Program-made: the position numbers and the translations under genes
In this document: positions 1 to 9,234 of the stretch, one piece after another
Layout of the letters: each line of letters begins with the position of its first letter
Numbering within the stretch: the first letter of the stretch is position 1
The notes under the pieces: generated by a model
Told to the model about the DNA's origin: nothing
The model's database searches: none
Seen by the model: only the letters and a program-made list of their open reading frames with translations
DNA from: a candidate division FCPU426 bacterium
Lineage (GTDB): Bacteria > Oederibacteriota > JAAXVQ01 > JAUVAV01
Reading direction: 5' to 3'
Length of the DNA stretch: 64,000 bases
Assembly: GCA_040756875.1 (NCBI GenBank)
Contig: JBFLYH010000001.1
Span: 736,001 to 800,000, forward strand

Positions 1-702
1 CTTCCGGCCGGCGGCACATATACACTCACGCCTTCCAAATTTGGATATGAATTCGTCCCGGTTTCGCTCACTTATGCCAGCATCAACCAAAACTACGACA
101 ACCAAAACTATGTCGGAACCTCCCAATTGTCGCCCACCCCCACTCCGGTGCCGACTTATGCGCTCTGGGGATACCTGCGCGACTCCAATGGGCGGGGGAT
201 ACCAGACGCCACGGTCAATTTGGCCGGCACGCAAACCTCCCAATACACCACGGATGGGAACGGTTATTACGGGTTCAATGTCATTGCCGGCGATTATACG
301 CTGGCGCCTGCCTATCCTAACTGGGTTTTCGATCCAACCCAAAAGACCTATACCGGCTTGGCCGCGGATCAAAGCCAGCAAAACTTCGTGGGATACCATC
401 AAAATGCCGCTCCGGCCGCCAACGACGTCAGCATCAGCACCAGCCTGTTCAAACCCAATGAAGTCGCCTATACCACCATCCGTTTTGACACGTCGCGCGA
501 CGGCCGGGTATGCATCCGGCTTTACAGCATCGACGGCGTGCTGGTGCGGACGTTGCTGGATGAAGACCAGCCGGCCGGCCTCCACAGCGTCACCTGGAAC
601 GGCAACAACCAGCACGGCGCCCGGGTGGCCAGCGGCATTTATTTCGTGGACGTGAAAACGCCAAACTACAGAAAGATGAAAAAGATATGCGTCGTCAAAT
701 AG
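1..702 (+). CDS. 3' part of a secreted protein with carboxypeptidase-regulatory-like (CnaB/SdrD-type) beta-sandwich repeats and a C-terminal FlgD-Ig/T9SS-type sorting domain; truncated by the window start
   Basis: Frame 1 is open from base 1 (LPAGGTYTLTPSKFGYEF...) to the stop at 702. It contains repeats of the GxYTLxP..Y.F.P type, a PTPTP linker, and a C-terminus IRLYSIDGVLVRTL...WNGNNQHGARVASGIYFV...KKICVVK typical of FlgD-Ig/T9SS CTDs. Confidence 0.8.
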   Translation, partial: LPAGGTYTLTPSKFGYEFVPVSLTYASINQNYDNQNYVGTSQLSPTPTPVPTYALWGYLRDSNGRGIPDATVNLAGTQTSQYTTDGNGYYGFNVIAGDYTLAPAYPNWVFDPTQKTYTGLAADQSQQNFVGYHQNAAPAANDVSISTSLFKPNEVAYTTIRFDTSRDGRVCIRLYSIDGVLVRTLLDEDQPAGLHSVTWNGNNQHGARVASGIYFVDVKTPNYRKMKKICVVK

Positions 703-1583
703 GATTGATCGTCTGCCTGGTGCTGTTGACGCCGGCCGCCGGCTTCGCCGGCCTGACCAGCGGCGCACGCATCATGGAATATCCGGCCAATGCCCGGGCT
801 TTCGGCCTGGCTGAAGCGTTCTCAGCCCTGGCCGACGACGCTGCGGCCATCCATTACAACCCGGCCGGGCTGTATGCCGTCCCGAGCTACCAGGTGAACA
901 CCGCTTTCCAGAAAGGTTTATACGACACGTTCTATTCGCACCTGGGATTTGCCATGCCCTTGAACAATCAAGCCGGGCTGGGTGTGGCCGTGTCCTACCT
1001 GAACGGCGGAACCATGGACCTGACTTTCATCGACGGGACCGAGAGACAGGTGACGGCCCAGCAGGATTTTCTCTGGGCCCTGGCCTGCGGGTTGCAGGTA
1101 TCCGGAGAGAACACGGTCGGGTTGTCCGTAAAAATCCTCCAATCCACCCTGGCCGAGGAATACCGGGCGCTTGGGTTTGCCTGCGACGGCGGTCTGAAGT
1201 ACAAAGTCATGGATGATCTGACTTTTGCCCTGGTGATAAAGAATTTGGGGCCCAATCTGACCTATGATCAAGGCAGCGATCCATTGCCAACCTCGGTGAC
1301 CGCCGGATGCGGTTACCGCTACGTCCTGGCGCCCGAGCACCGCTTTCAGGCCGCTCTCGATCTGAAAAAACCCCTGGATTTGTCGTACCAGCTGCACGCG
1401 GGCGTGGAATACGAATTCGACCGTATGTTCTTTCTCCGCGCAGGTTATAAATACGGCCACGATTTGGACGGTTTCACCTTTGGCGCGGGCATGGAATGGG
1501 CTTTTTTCAGGCTTGATTACGCAGCCGGCCTGATGAGCGAACTGGGCATGAATCATTATATTTCGGTTCTGTTTACTTTTTGA
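687..1583 (+). CDS. PorV/PorQ (UPF0164)-family outer-membrane beta-barrel protein
   Basis: Signal peptide, ARAFGLAEAFSALADDAAAIHYNPAGL motif, alternating beta-strands and C-terminal Phe. Overlaps the upstream CTD-bearing gene. Confidence 0.8.
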   Translation: MRRQIGLIVCLVLLTPAAGFAGLTSGARIMEYPANARAFGLAEAFSALADDAAAIHYNPAGLYAVPSYQVNTAFQKGLYDTFYSHLGFAMPLNNQAGLGVAVSYLNGGTMDLTFIDGTERQVTAQQDFLWALACGLQVSGENTVGLSVKILQSTLAEEYRALGFACDGGLKYKVMDDLTFALVIKNLGPNLTYDQGSDPLPTSVTAGCGYRYVLAPEHRFQAALDLKKPLDLSYQLHAGVEYEFDRMFFLRAGYKYGHDLDGFTFGAGMEWAFFRLDYAAGLMSELGMNHYISVLFTF

Positions 1584-2705
1584 ATGCCAGCCGCCAACGC
1601 TGTTTGCTGCGATAGCCCCGGCCGGATGATTCTGGCCGCGTTTGGGATAGCGTCATTTTTGTTCGCGGGCTGCGGAGGGCAGGGGGAAGCCTGGAAGGTT
1701 CAAACCCTGGACCGCGAGGGCAATATCAACGGGCACACCTTGGCCCTGGCCCTGGATGCCAAAGACCGTCCGCATATCGCTTATTGCGACTGGAACACGT
1801 ACCGGCTGCAATACCTGCAATGGGATGGGAACGCCTGGCAGCGCGAGGAAGTCACACATTCAGGCAACGCGGGCACCTATGTTTCCCTGGCGTTGGACCC
1901 GGCCGGAAGACCGCGGGTGGCATATTTCGAATGGCAGCAAAAGGCCCTGTATTTCGGCAGCCGCGGGGAAGAAGGCTGGCAGCTTCAACGGGTGGATCAA
2001 TCGGCGTATGTCGGTCCGTACGTGGACCTGGCCCTGGATGCCGAAGGCCAGCCGCACTGCAGTTATTTCGACTGGACGAATTACGACCTGAAGTACGCCC
2101 GGCGGGACCGGCGGGGCTGGCAGATGGAAACCGTGGACCACGACGATCATGTGGGCATGTTTTCATCCTTGGTCCTGGATGAGGCGGGGCAGCCGATCAT
2201 CAGTTATCTGGATTGGACGCACCAAGCCCTGAAACTGGCTGTGAAAACCGCCGGGGAATGGCACGTTTCCTTCGTCGATCAGGAAGGGAAGGTGGGCATG
2301 TTCAGCTCCCTGGCGCGCGGCCGGGACGGCACCTTGAGCGTGGCCTATCAGGACATGGGCCGCCTGGATCTGAAATTCGCCCAGCAGCGGCCGGACGGCA
2401 GCTGGGCGACCGAAACGGTCGCCTCGCAGGGGGATGTGGGTCGGTATGCGTCGCTGGCCCTGGATTCGAAAGGGCAGCCCCATATTTCATATTTCGATTT
2501 CACGAAGAAGCAATTCAAATACTGCCGCCGCGAGGGGCAGCGCTGGGTGTTCGAACTGATCGACATGGACGGGGACGTGGGCGCTTATTCGGCCCTGGCT
2601 TTGGACTCCCGGGACGTTCCGCATGTCGTGTATTGCGAATACCAGCAGCATGACCTTAAATATGCTACACTTAATAGGAAGCCTGCAAACAAAGGTGGTG
2701 AGTAA
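1584..2705 (+). CDS. Lipoprotein with beta-propeller repeats (SLALD..G.PHISY.D type)
   Basis: Lipobox FLFAGC and about 7 repeats of G.y.SLALD..G.P.I.Y.D....L.Y. The start could be the downstream ATG (MILAAFG). Confidence 0.75.
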   Translation: MPAANAVCCDSPGRMILAAFGIASFLFAGCGGQGEAWKVQTLDREGNINGHTLALALDAKDRPHIAYCDWNTYRLQYLQWDGNAWQREEVTHSGNAGTYVSLALDPAGRPRVAYFEWQQKALYFGSRGEEGWQLQRVDQSAYVGPYVDLALDAEGQPHCSYFDWTNYDLKYARRDRRGWQMETVDHDDHVGMFSSLVLDEAGQPIISYLDWTHQALKLAVKTAGEWHVSFVDQEGKVGMFSSLARGRDGTLSVAYQDMGRLDLKFAQQRPDGSWATETVASQGDVGRYASLALDSKGQPHISYFDFTKKQFKYCRREGQRWVFELIDMDGDVGAYSALALDSRDVPHVVYCEYQQHDLKYATLNRKPANKGGE

Positions 2706-2706
2706 T

Positions 2707-3678
2707 ATGCGTTCGTTTCGAATGGTTCTTCTGGCTTTGCTTCCGCTGCTTTTAGCCGGACGCCTGGCGTTCGGCCATGCCTGCGATGATCCCTGGCGCC
2801 CTGACCCGACCAATGTCGGAGGCCCCACGGGCGGCGGCGGTGGCGTCGTGATCGCTCCGCCGCCTCCTCCGCCTGCCCCCGGCGAATTGCCGCCCTCGGT
2901 TCCGGGAAGCCCCAGCGATCCCACGAACCCCACGGCACCGCTGGATATCTCCCAATCGGGACTGGTCAACCAGTTGCCGGTCGACGCCGCAGCTTCGGCC
3001 GGCGGCGGCGAGGTCAGCCCCGACAGCATCGTGCTCATTCCTGAAACCAGCCAGCTGAAAATCGTCGGCAAGCAGGGCGAATTCAGGACCTACATCGTCA
3101 ACCGCTCCCCCCGCGATCTGTTTGCGGTCAAACTCGAAGCCATCAGCTCGGCGTTCGACATCGAAGTCGCTCCGGACATGCTCAAACGCCTGGTTTCAGG
3201 GGAGAAGGATTATTTCACGGTCAAATTGAAGCTCAAGGGACAGTTGAAATCCGGCAAGTTTCCCATGGATTTCAAAGTTTCGACCCGCGGCACCCTGATT
3301 TACGAGGGCAGCCTGGGCGGAGGCTCGGAGGAGAAAGAAGCCAAGAAAGACAATCTTGGCATCCGTCTGGCCGACGAACCGGTCAAAGTACCCGCCAAAG
3401 GCAGTTTCGTCGTCTATGTCAAGAACAACATCTACAATGAAGTCAACAGCGTTAAAGTCCAGGGCATGAGCAAATATTTCGAAATCAGCGCCGTTCCGGC
3501 CAGCGTCGCCAGGCTGGCGCCCGGCCGCGAAGCCAAATTCGAAGTCACCCTGGTCCGCAAAAAGGGCGTTAAAGCCGGAAATTACGACATCCGCCTGCAC
3601 GCCGTGACCAGCAGCCGCAATGTGAATATCTCGAAAATTATCACCGTGCAGTCGACTGAACAGGAGGCCAAGCGCTGA
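2707..3678 (+). CDS. Exported protein with a Pro/Gly-rich linker and two Ig-like (NEW3/CARDB-like) domains
   Basis: ATG at 2707 follows GGTGG and the upstream stop. Signal peptide ends AFG|HACDDPW, followed by a GGGGG/PPPPPP tract and two similar beta-rich halves (VAPDMLKRLVSGEK; VPASVARLAPGRE). Confidence 0.65.
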   Translation: MRSFRMVLLALLPLLLAGRLAFGHACDDPWRPDPTNVGGPTGGGGGVVIAPPPPPPAPGELPPSVPGSPSDPTNPTAPLDISQSGLVNQLPVDAAASAGGGEVSPDSIVLIPETSQLKIVGKQGEFRTYIVNRSPRDLFAVKLEAISSAFDIEVAPDMLKRLVSGEKDYFTVKLKLKGQLKSGKFPMDFKVSTRGTLIYEGSLGGGSEEKEAKKDNLGIRLADEPVKVPAKGSFVVYVKNNIYNEVNSVKVQGMSKYFEISAVPASVARLAPGREAKFEVTLVRKKGVKAGNYDIRLHAVTSSRNVNISKIITVQSTEQEAKR

Positions 3679-3923
3679 ACCGGTTTTGGCGGGCGGCGGC
3701 CGGGTGGTGCCTGGCACTGACAGCGTGGGCCGGGCAGGTCCGGGCTGAAGGCGACGGGATGATCACCATCGAAGTGGTGGAGAACCCCGGGTTTTTCGAA
3801 CAGTACGGAGATTGGCTGTACCTGGGCCTGATCGCGGCCGTGCTGACCGTCTTTTTCTGGCGCCGCCAGCATCAAGTCAGAGCCAAACAGTCCTCGGTCA
3901 ACCAAGGAATCCCCAAACCATGA
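3675..3923 (+). CDS. Small (82 aa) exported, membrane-anchored protein with a CTG start; absent from the ORF track
   Basis: AGGAGG at 3662-3667, CTG at 3675 overlapping the upstream TGA, and TGA at 3921-3923 overlapping the downstream ATG. Translation: MNRFWRAAAGWCLALTAWAGQVRA-EGDGMITIEVVENPGFFEQYGDWLYLGLIAAVLTVFFWRRQH... Confidence 0.7.
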   Translation: MNRFWRAAAGWCLALTAWAGQVRAEGDGMITIEVVENPGFFEQYGDWLYLGLIAAVLTVFFWRRQHQVRAKQSSVNQGIPKP

Positions 3924-4915
3924 GACGCCCCATTACCTTCATCAGGCGGAGCGTGCAAATCCTCTCCTTCGCCTTCCTCTTTTACGGCGCCACGCTGCTG
4001 GGCCTGGAGCCCAAACAGATCAAGTGGTACGCCCTCGAGGAAAACCAGACCCAGGCCCAGGAAATGCTGTACGCCAATCCCACCTGGACCCAGCCCTTTC
4101 AAACCTTCCTGCCCACGCGCAGCTGCCGCTTCGCGGGCACGACCGGCACCTTCCGCGGTTGCCTGATGTTTTTCCTCTCCGACCTCCTGACCTGGCGGCC
4201 GCCCTTGAAAGTGTTCCTGCCCAGCCTGGCGCTGGTGGTGGTGCTGGCCGTGGTTTTCGCGCGTTTTTGGTGCGGCTGGCTGTGTCCGCTGGGGTTTATG
4301 TCGGAGTTGCTGTACGAACTGCGCAAGCTGCTCGGCTGGGCTCGCCTCCGTTTTCCGCCCTGGCTGCGCAATGCCCTGAAAGGCGTGGGCTACGGCCTGA
4401 CGTTCGTGGTGCTTTCTTCCGCCTGGGTCATTTCCTGGTCGGCGGTCGCCTGGTCCATCAAAAAACCGCTGTACCTGGCCGTCTGCCAGATGTGCCCCTC
4501 CAAGCTCATCACCCCGCTTCTCACCGGTTTTCCGGTCATGATCAATTTGCAATTTCCCGGCGCGTCCACCGCCTTGCTGGTCACGCTTTTCGTTCTGCTG
4601 GTCAGCTTTACGCTGCTGTATTTTTCCGGCTTCATCCTCAAACGGGCCTGGTGCAAAATCTGCCCGTTGGGCGTATTGCTGTCGGGCTTCAACCAGGGCG
4701 CGTTTATCTCCAAGATGAAAGACGTGCGCCGCTGCACCCAGTGCGGGATCTGCGCCAACGCCTGCCCCATGGAAAGCACGCTGCTGTTCGAGGAGAAGCG
4801 CAATCCTTACGTCAATCACAGCCAGTGCATCCATTGCTACCGCTGCGTGGATCTGTGCCCGGAAACCAAATGCCTGACCGTCAAACTGATGGGGATCCCC
4901 CTATTCAAATCCTGA
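3920..4915 (+). CDS. NapH/MauN-family polytopic membrane ferredoxin (4Fe-4S binding protein)
   Basis: TM helices, CGWLCPLG, CQMCP and CKICPLG motifs, and two C-terminal CxxCxxCxxxCP motifs. Start placed at ATG 3920 (ATGA overlap). Confidence 0.85.
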   Translation: MRRPITFIRRSVQILSFAFLFYGATLLGLEPKQIKWYALEENQTQAQEMLYANPTWTQPFQTFLPTRSCRFAGTTGTFRGCLMFFLSDLLTWRPPLKVFLPSLALVVVLAVVFARFWCGWLCPLGFMSELLYELRKLLGWARLRFPPWLRNALKGVGYGLTFVVLSSAWVISWSAVAWSIKKPLYLAVCQMCPSKLITPLLTGFPVMINLQFPGASTALLVTLFVLLVSFTLLYFSGFILKRAWCKICPLGVLLSGFNQGAFISKMKDVRRCTQCGICANACPMESTLLFEEKRNPYVNHSQCIHCYRCVDLCPETKCLTVKLMGIPLFKS

Positions 4916-4924
4916 GGAGCCGTC

Positions 4925-6187
4925 ATGCAAACCGATTTCAACCAGCGCTACCGGCGCGAGCCGCTTAAACGTCCCGGGGACAAAAGCCTGGATAAAGTCC
5001 GGGCCGCCACCGCGGGCTTGACGGAACGGCTGCGCCAGGCGCCGGACCGCCTCGCCGGGCTGTCTTATTACGAGGACCTCATGGACGGCCACAAGCGCCT
5101 CCAGGAGCTCAAGATCCTGAAAAAGAAAGTCGTCGGGACGTTCTGCTATTTCGTCCCCGAGGAGATCATTCAAGCCGTGGGCGCGGTCCCGCTCAGGCTG
5201 TGCAGCGGTCATTCGGAAACCATCACCACCGCCGAGGAGCTCATGCCGCGCGACATCTGCCCCCTGGCCAAATCTTCCCTGGGATTTTTCGTGGCGGACG
5301 GCGGCTGGGCCAAGGCGTGCGACGTAGCGGTCTTGCCGACCTCCTGCGACGCCAAAACCAAGCTCGGCGAATATTTGAGCGATTACCTTCCCGTCTGGAT
5401 GCTGAATCTGCCCAAGATCAAGGACTATCAGGTTTATAAAAAGCAGTGGCTGGAGGAAATCAAGCGGCTGACGGGCAAGCTGGAAGCCCTGACCGGCGTC
5501 AAATTGACCGCCCACAACCTCAAATCCGCCGTCCGCCTGCACCAGCGCCGTTCCGAGGCCTACCGCAAGCTATACGAGATCAGGCTCAAGCATCCCGGCA
5601 TCATCGCCCACCAGGACCTGCTGATGCTGGTGCAATCGAGCTTCTATGATGACATTGAACGCTGGACGGCACGGACTGAAGCCCTGGTCCGTGACATGCA
5701 GGTGCAAACCAACCGCAAATCATTTCCGGCCAAAGGCAAGAAGCTGCTGGTCACTGGCGGGCCAATGATTTGGCCCAATTACAAGATCCTGAACATCGTG
5801 AGCGAACTGGGCAGTACCGTGGTGGCGGACGATATGTGCGTGGGTCATCAGTGGCTGTGGGACTATCCGGAACCCGACGAGTGGACCCTGGAGGGCATGC
5901 TCGAGGCCGTGGCCACCCGCCGCTTCTTTCCGACCGTTTGCCCGTGCTTTACAAACAGCTACGACCGCATCGATAAAATCCTGACCCTGGCCAAGGAAAC
6001 CGGCGCCGAAGGCGTGATCTACCACGATTTGCGCCTCTGCCAGTTGTTCGACATGGAAAAAGATTTGGTGAACAAAGTGCTCAAAGAGAATAAAATACCG
6101 GTCTTGACGCTGCATTCCGATTACGGGCAGGAAGACGTGGAACAATTGCGCACCCGCATCGAGGCCTTTTTGGAGATGATACTATGA
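4925..6187 (+). CDS. 2-hydroxyacyl-CoA dehydratase D family protein, double-cubane cluster protein (DCCP)-like
   Basis: GTFCYFVPEEII, LCSG, PRDICPL, TSCDAK, DDMCVG, CPCF, LRLCQ and C-terminal DY...QLRTRIEAFLEM. 420 aa; RBS GAGGAG. Confidence 0.85.
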   Translation: MQTDFNQRYRREPLKRPGDKSLDKVRAATAGLTERLRQAPDRLAGLSYYEDLMDGHKRLQELKILKKKVVGTFCYFVPEEIIQAVGAVPLRLCSGHSETITTAEELMPRDICPLAKSSLGFFVADGGWAKACDVAVLPTSCDAKTKLGEYLSDYLPVWMLNLPKIKDYQVYKKQWLEEIKRLTGKLEALTGVKLTAHNLKSAVRLHQRRSEAYRKLYEIRLKHPGIIAHQDLLMLVQSSFYDDIERWTARTEALVRDMQVQTNRKSFPAKGKKLLVTGGPMIWPNYKILNIVSELGSTVVADDMCVGHQWLWDYPEPDEWTLEGMLEAVATRRFFPTVCPCFTNSYDRIDKILTLAKETGAEGVIYHDLRLCQLFDMEKDLVNKVLKENKIPVLTLHSDYGQEDVEQLRTRIEAFLEMIL

Positions 6188-6972
6188 TCACCGTCGGCGT
6201 GGACATCGGTTCCGTAGGCACCAAATGCCTGGTGTTGGACGAGAATAAAATCCTTTCCACGGCGGTTCTGCCCACGGGCGCGCGCCCCAAGATCACGGCC
6301 CAGATGGCCGTCGCCCAGGCGCTGGCCGAAGCCAAACTCAAACCCACCGACGTCAGCCACACGGTTTCCACCGGCTACGGGCGCCGCGTGGTGGAGTTCG
6401 GGGAAAAAACCATCACCGAAATTTCCGCCGCCGCGCAGGGGATCACCCATCTCGGCAGCCCCCGCGGGAAGATCCGGACCATTATCGACCTGGGCGGCCA
6501 GGACATCAAGGTCATCTCCCTGGACGACGACGGACAGACCAAGGATTTTTCCATGAACGATAAATGCGCCGCCGGCACCGGCCGTTTTCTGGAAGTCATC
6601 GCCCGCGCCCTGGAAGTCAACCTCGAGCAACTCGGCCCGCTGGCCCTGAAATCCAAGAAAAACATCGCCATCAACGCCACCTGCACGGTGTTCGCCGAGA
6701 GCGAAGTGATCTCGCTGTTGGCGCACGAGGTCCAGAAAGAGGACATCATCGCCGGCATCGTCGACTCCATCGCCGAACGGATCGTGGCCATGGCGAAAAA
6801 AATGGGAATCCAGCCCCTGATCGCCTTTACCGGCGGCGGCGCGAAGAACGAAGGGCTGGTGCAATCGCTGCAGAAAAAGCTGGACACCGAACTTTTCATT
6901 CCCGAAATACCCCTGTTCATCAATGCGCTGGGATCGGCCGTAGTGGCCAAACGCCTTAAAAGCATGCGCTAA
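6184..6972 (+). CDS. ATP-dependent [4Fe-4S] activator (HgdC/BcrAD/BadFG, DCCP-R-like), copy 1
   Basis: GVDIGS, STGYGR, IDLGGQDIK, MNDKCAAGTGRFLE, TCTVFAESE and TGGGAKN motifs. Confidence 0.92.
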   Translation: MITVGVDIGSVGTKCLVLDENKILSTAVLPTGARPKITAQMAVAQALAEAKLKPTDVSHTVSTGYGRRVVEFGEKTITEISAAAQGITHLGSPRGKIRTIIDLGGQDIKVISLDDDGQTKDFSMNDKCAAGTGRFLEVIARALEVNLEQLGPLALKSKKNIAINATCTVFAESEVISLLAHEVQKEDIIAGIVDSIAERIVAMAKKMGIQPLIAFTGGGAKNEGLVQSLQKKLDTELFIPEIPLFINALGSAVVAKRLKSMR

Positions 6973-6991
6973 ACCGCCCGGAGTGCGAGAC

Positions 6992-7768
6992 ATGCTCACC
7001 GCGGGGATTGACATCGGCTCGGTCGCGACCAAAGCCGTCATCGTCAGGGACAGCTACATCCTCGCCTCTGAAGTCCAGCCTTCCGGCAGCAAACCCAAAG
7101 CCACGGCCGACCGGGTGCTGGACCAGGCCCTGGCCGTCGCGCGACTCGCCCGCAACCAGCTGCAGCACATTGTCTCCACGGGATACGGCCGCCGCAGCAT
7201 CGAGTTCGGGGAAAAATCCATCACTGAAATCTCAGCCTGCGCCCTGGGCGTCCAGTTCCTGAAATCGCCCCAGGGCCAGGTGCGCACGGCCGTGGACCTG
7301 GGCGGGCAGGACATCAAAGTCATCCGGCTGGACAGCCAGGGCGAGGTGGAGGATTTCATCATGAACGACAAGTGCGCCGCGGGCACGGGCCGGTTCCTGG
7401 AAGTGATCGCGCGGGCGCTGAACCTGCGGCTGGAGGAGCTGGGCACCTACGCGCAGCATTCCACCCGGGAGGTCGGCATCAACGCCACCTGCACGGTTTT
7501 CGCGGAGAGCGAGGTCATATCGCTGCTGGCGCAGGATGTGAAACGAGAGGATATCGTCGCCGGCGTACACCAGATGATCGCCGAGCGCATTTCAGCCATG
7601 GCCAAGAAAATCGGCCTGCATCCGGTGGTCGCGTTTACCGGCGGCGGCGCCAAGAACAAGGGCTTTTCCCAAACCCTGGAAAAAGAGCTGGGAACGGCCT
7701 TGCACATTCCTAAAATACCCCAATTCGTCAACGCCCTGGGCGCCGCGATCGCGGCCGCTCGCCTCTAA
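6992..7768 (+). CDS. ATP-dependent [4Fe-4S] activator (HgdC/BcrAD/BadFG, DCCP-R-like), copy 2
   Basis: Same motif set as copy 1. ATG 6992 lies 8 nt after GGAG. Confidence 0.92.
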   Translation: MLTAGIDIGSVATKAVIVRDSYILASEVQPSGSKPKATADRVLDQALAVARLARNQLQHIVSTGYGRRSIEFGEKSITEISACALGVQFLKSPQGQVRTAVDLGGQDIKVIRLDSQGEVEDFIMNDKCAAGTGRFLEVIARALNLRLEELGTYAQHSTREVGINATCTVFAESEVISLLAQDVKREDIVAGVHQMIAERISAMAKKIGLHPVVAFTGGGAKNKGFSQTLEKELGTALHIPKIPQFVNALGAAIAAARL

Positions 7769-7776
7769 TTGCGCGT

Positions 7777-9234
7777 TTAACTCCTGCCTCTCCAGCGCAG
7801 GAGCACAGGCAGCACCACTCCCAAAAAAACCAGCACCACCGCCGGCACGCTCAGCCACAGGCCGCGAAACGACCGGGGCCGGTCCCTGAACTGGCTGGGC
7901 TGTTTGAGCGGAAAAACGCCGATGATTCCTGAATGGGATCCGAGCACCAGCGCCGCGTCTGCGGCCGTGACCACGGCCGCGGGCGAACCGAGCGGGGTTT
8001 CGCCTTTGGGGGCTTTGTCCCACAGCGGTTCGCCGATGAAAAATGCGGTTTCAAGCTTGCCGGTACTGGCCTGGGCCACGTACAGCCGGTTGTCCAGGCA
8101 GGCGGCCGCCACCCGCGGCCCGTTTCCGGTCCGGAAAAAAACCGGCGCCGTGTACACCTCGCCGCCCAAGGCCAGGGACCAGAGCAGATGCCCGTCTTCG
8201 GCGTCATAAGCATACAGCCGGTAGTCGTGCGAGCCCACGAACACCGCGGTTTGACCCTCCCATGATCCCAGGCAGGCGGAATTGTCGATCCAATGGCCTG
8301 CCAGGCGCTGCCAAAGGCGCCGGCCGGTGAGGGCGTCCAAGCACGCCAGATTGCCGAATTTGGAGCCGATGTACAGGCGCGGTGCAGGGGCGGTTTGCAC
8401 GACCGGCGAACCGAAGACCTCCTGGGGCATTTGGTATTTCCAAACCAAGCGGGCCGGGCCGGGTTCGGCCTGCCAGCATTGCACGACGCCTTTGCGGCTG
8501 GACCAGGCCAGGTAGAAGCGACCCAGGGCCTCGAACCCGACTGCGGAATTCACGGCGCCGTTTCCGGCTGCGATGCGCCATAATTCATCGCCGCTGGCCT
8601 GATCCAGGCAGAGCAGCCAGGCGCGCTGCTGGTTGCGGGCCAGGGACTTGTCGTAGACGAACGCGGTGAGATAGAGGCGGCCGGCGTGAAGCACCGGAGC
8701 GGTCAAAAGCGCGTGGCCCAGCGTCGGGCTGGCGGGGAAGAGTTCGCGCGTCCAGACGGTTTCGCCGCTGGCGGCCTCCAGGGCGTACACGCTGCGGTCC
8801 GCGGAGGTGAAGAATACGACCGGGCGTCCCCGGACCTCTCCCACGGCCGGAGCTGCGGTTATTTCGCCGTTCGTGACCTTGAGCCAGGCCACGCGCCGGT
8901 CCTCCAGGTCCAAAGCGAGCAGGGTCTGGGTGTGGCCGCCGATAAAAGCCAGGGGGTGATCCGCCACGTCCGCCAGGGCCGGCGAAGCCCAAACCGCCAA
9001 TCCCGGCCGGTAGCGCATGGTGGTTTTGTAAAAATAATACCATTCCTTGAGCGGCTGGGCGGCGGGCGCATACAGCGTGGCCTGGCCTTCGGGACCGTTG
9101 CGTTCGGACACCCAATCAGACGCCCTGGCCTGACCTGCAGGCCACGCGCAGGCGGACAAGGCCAGCCAAAAGAACAGTCTGGCAGCGAGGACCCGCACTG
9201 TCTGCCCGCCTTTATCCGGTTTCATTGCGGGCAC
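7777..9234 (-). CDS. PQQ-binding-like (BamB-type) beta-propeller protein with signal peptide and C-terminal TM anchor
   Basis: Repeats YALEAASGETVW, LDQASGDELW, LDALTGRRLW and YDAEDGHLLW. The C-terminal hydrophobic helix is followed by RWRGRS. Confidence 0.8.
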   Translation of the reverse strand: MPAMKPDKGGQTVRVLAARLFFWLALSACAWPAGQARASDWVSERNGPEGQATLYAPAAQPLKEWYYFYKTTMRYRPGLAVWASPALADVADHPLAFIGGHTQTLLALDLEDRRVAWLKVTNGEITAAPAVGEVRGRPVVFFTSADRSVYALEAASGETVWTRELFPASPTLGHALLTAPVLHAGRLYLTAFVYDKSLARNQQRAWLLCLDQASGDELWRIAAGNGAVNSAVGFEALGRFYLAWSSRKGVVQCWQAEPGPARLVWKYQMPQEVFGSPVVQTAPAPRLYIGSKFGNLACLDALTGRRLWQRLAGHWIDNSACLGSWEGQTAVFVGSHDYRLYAYDAEDGHLLWSLALGGEVYTAPVFFRTGNGPRVAAACLDNRLYVAQASTGKLETAFFIGEPLWDKAPKGETPLGSPAAVVTAADAALVLGSHSGIIGVFPLKQPSQFRDRPRSFRGLWLSVPAVVLVFLGVVLPVLLRWRGRS

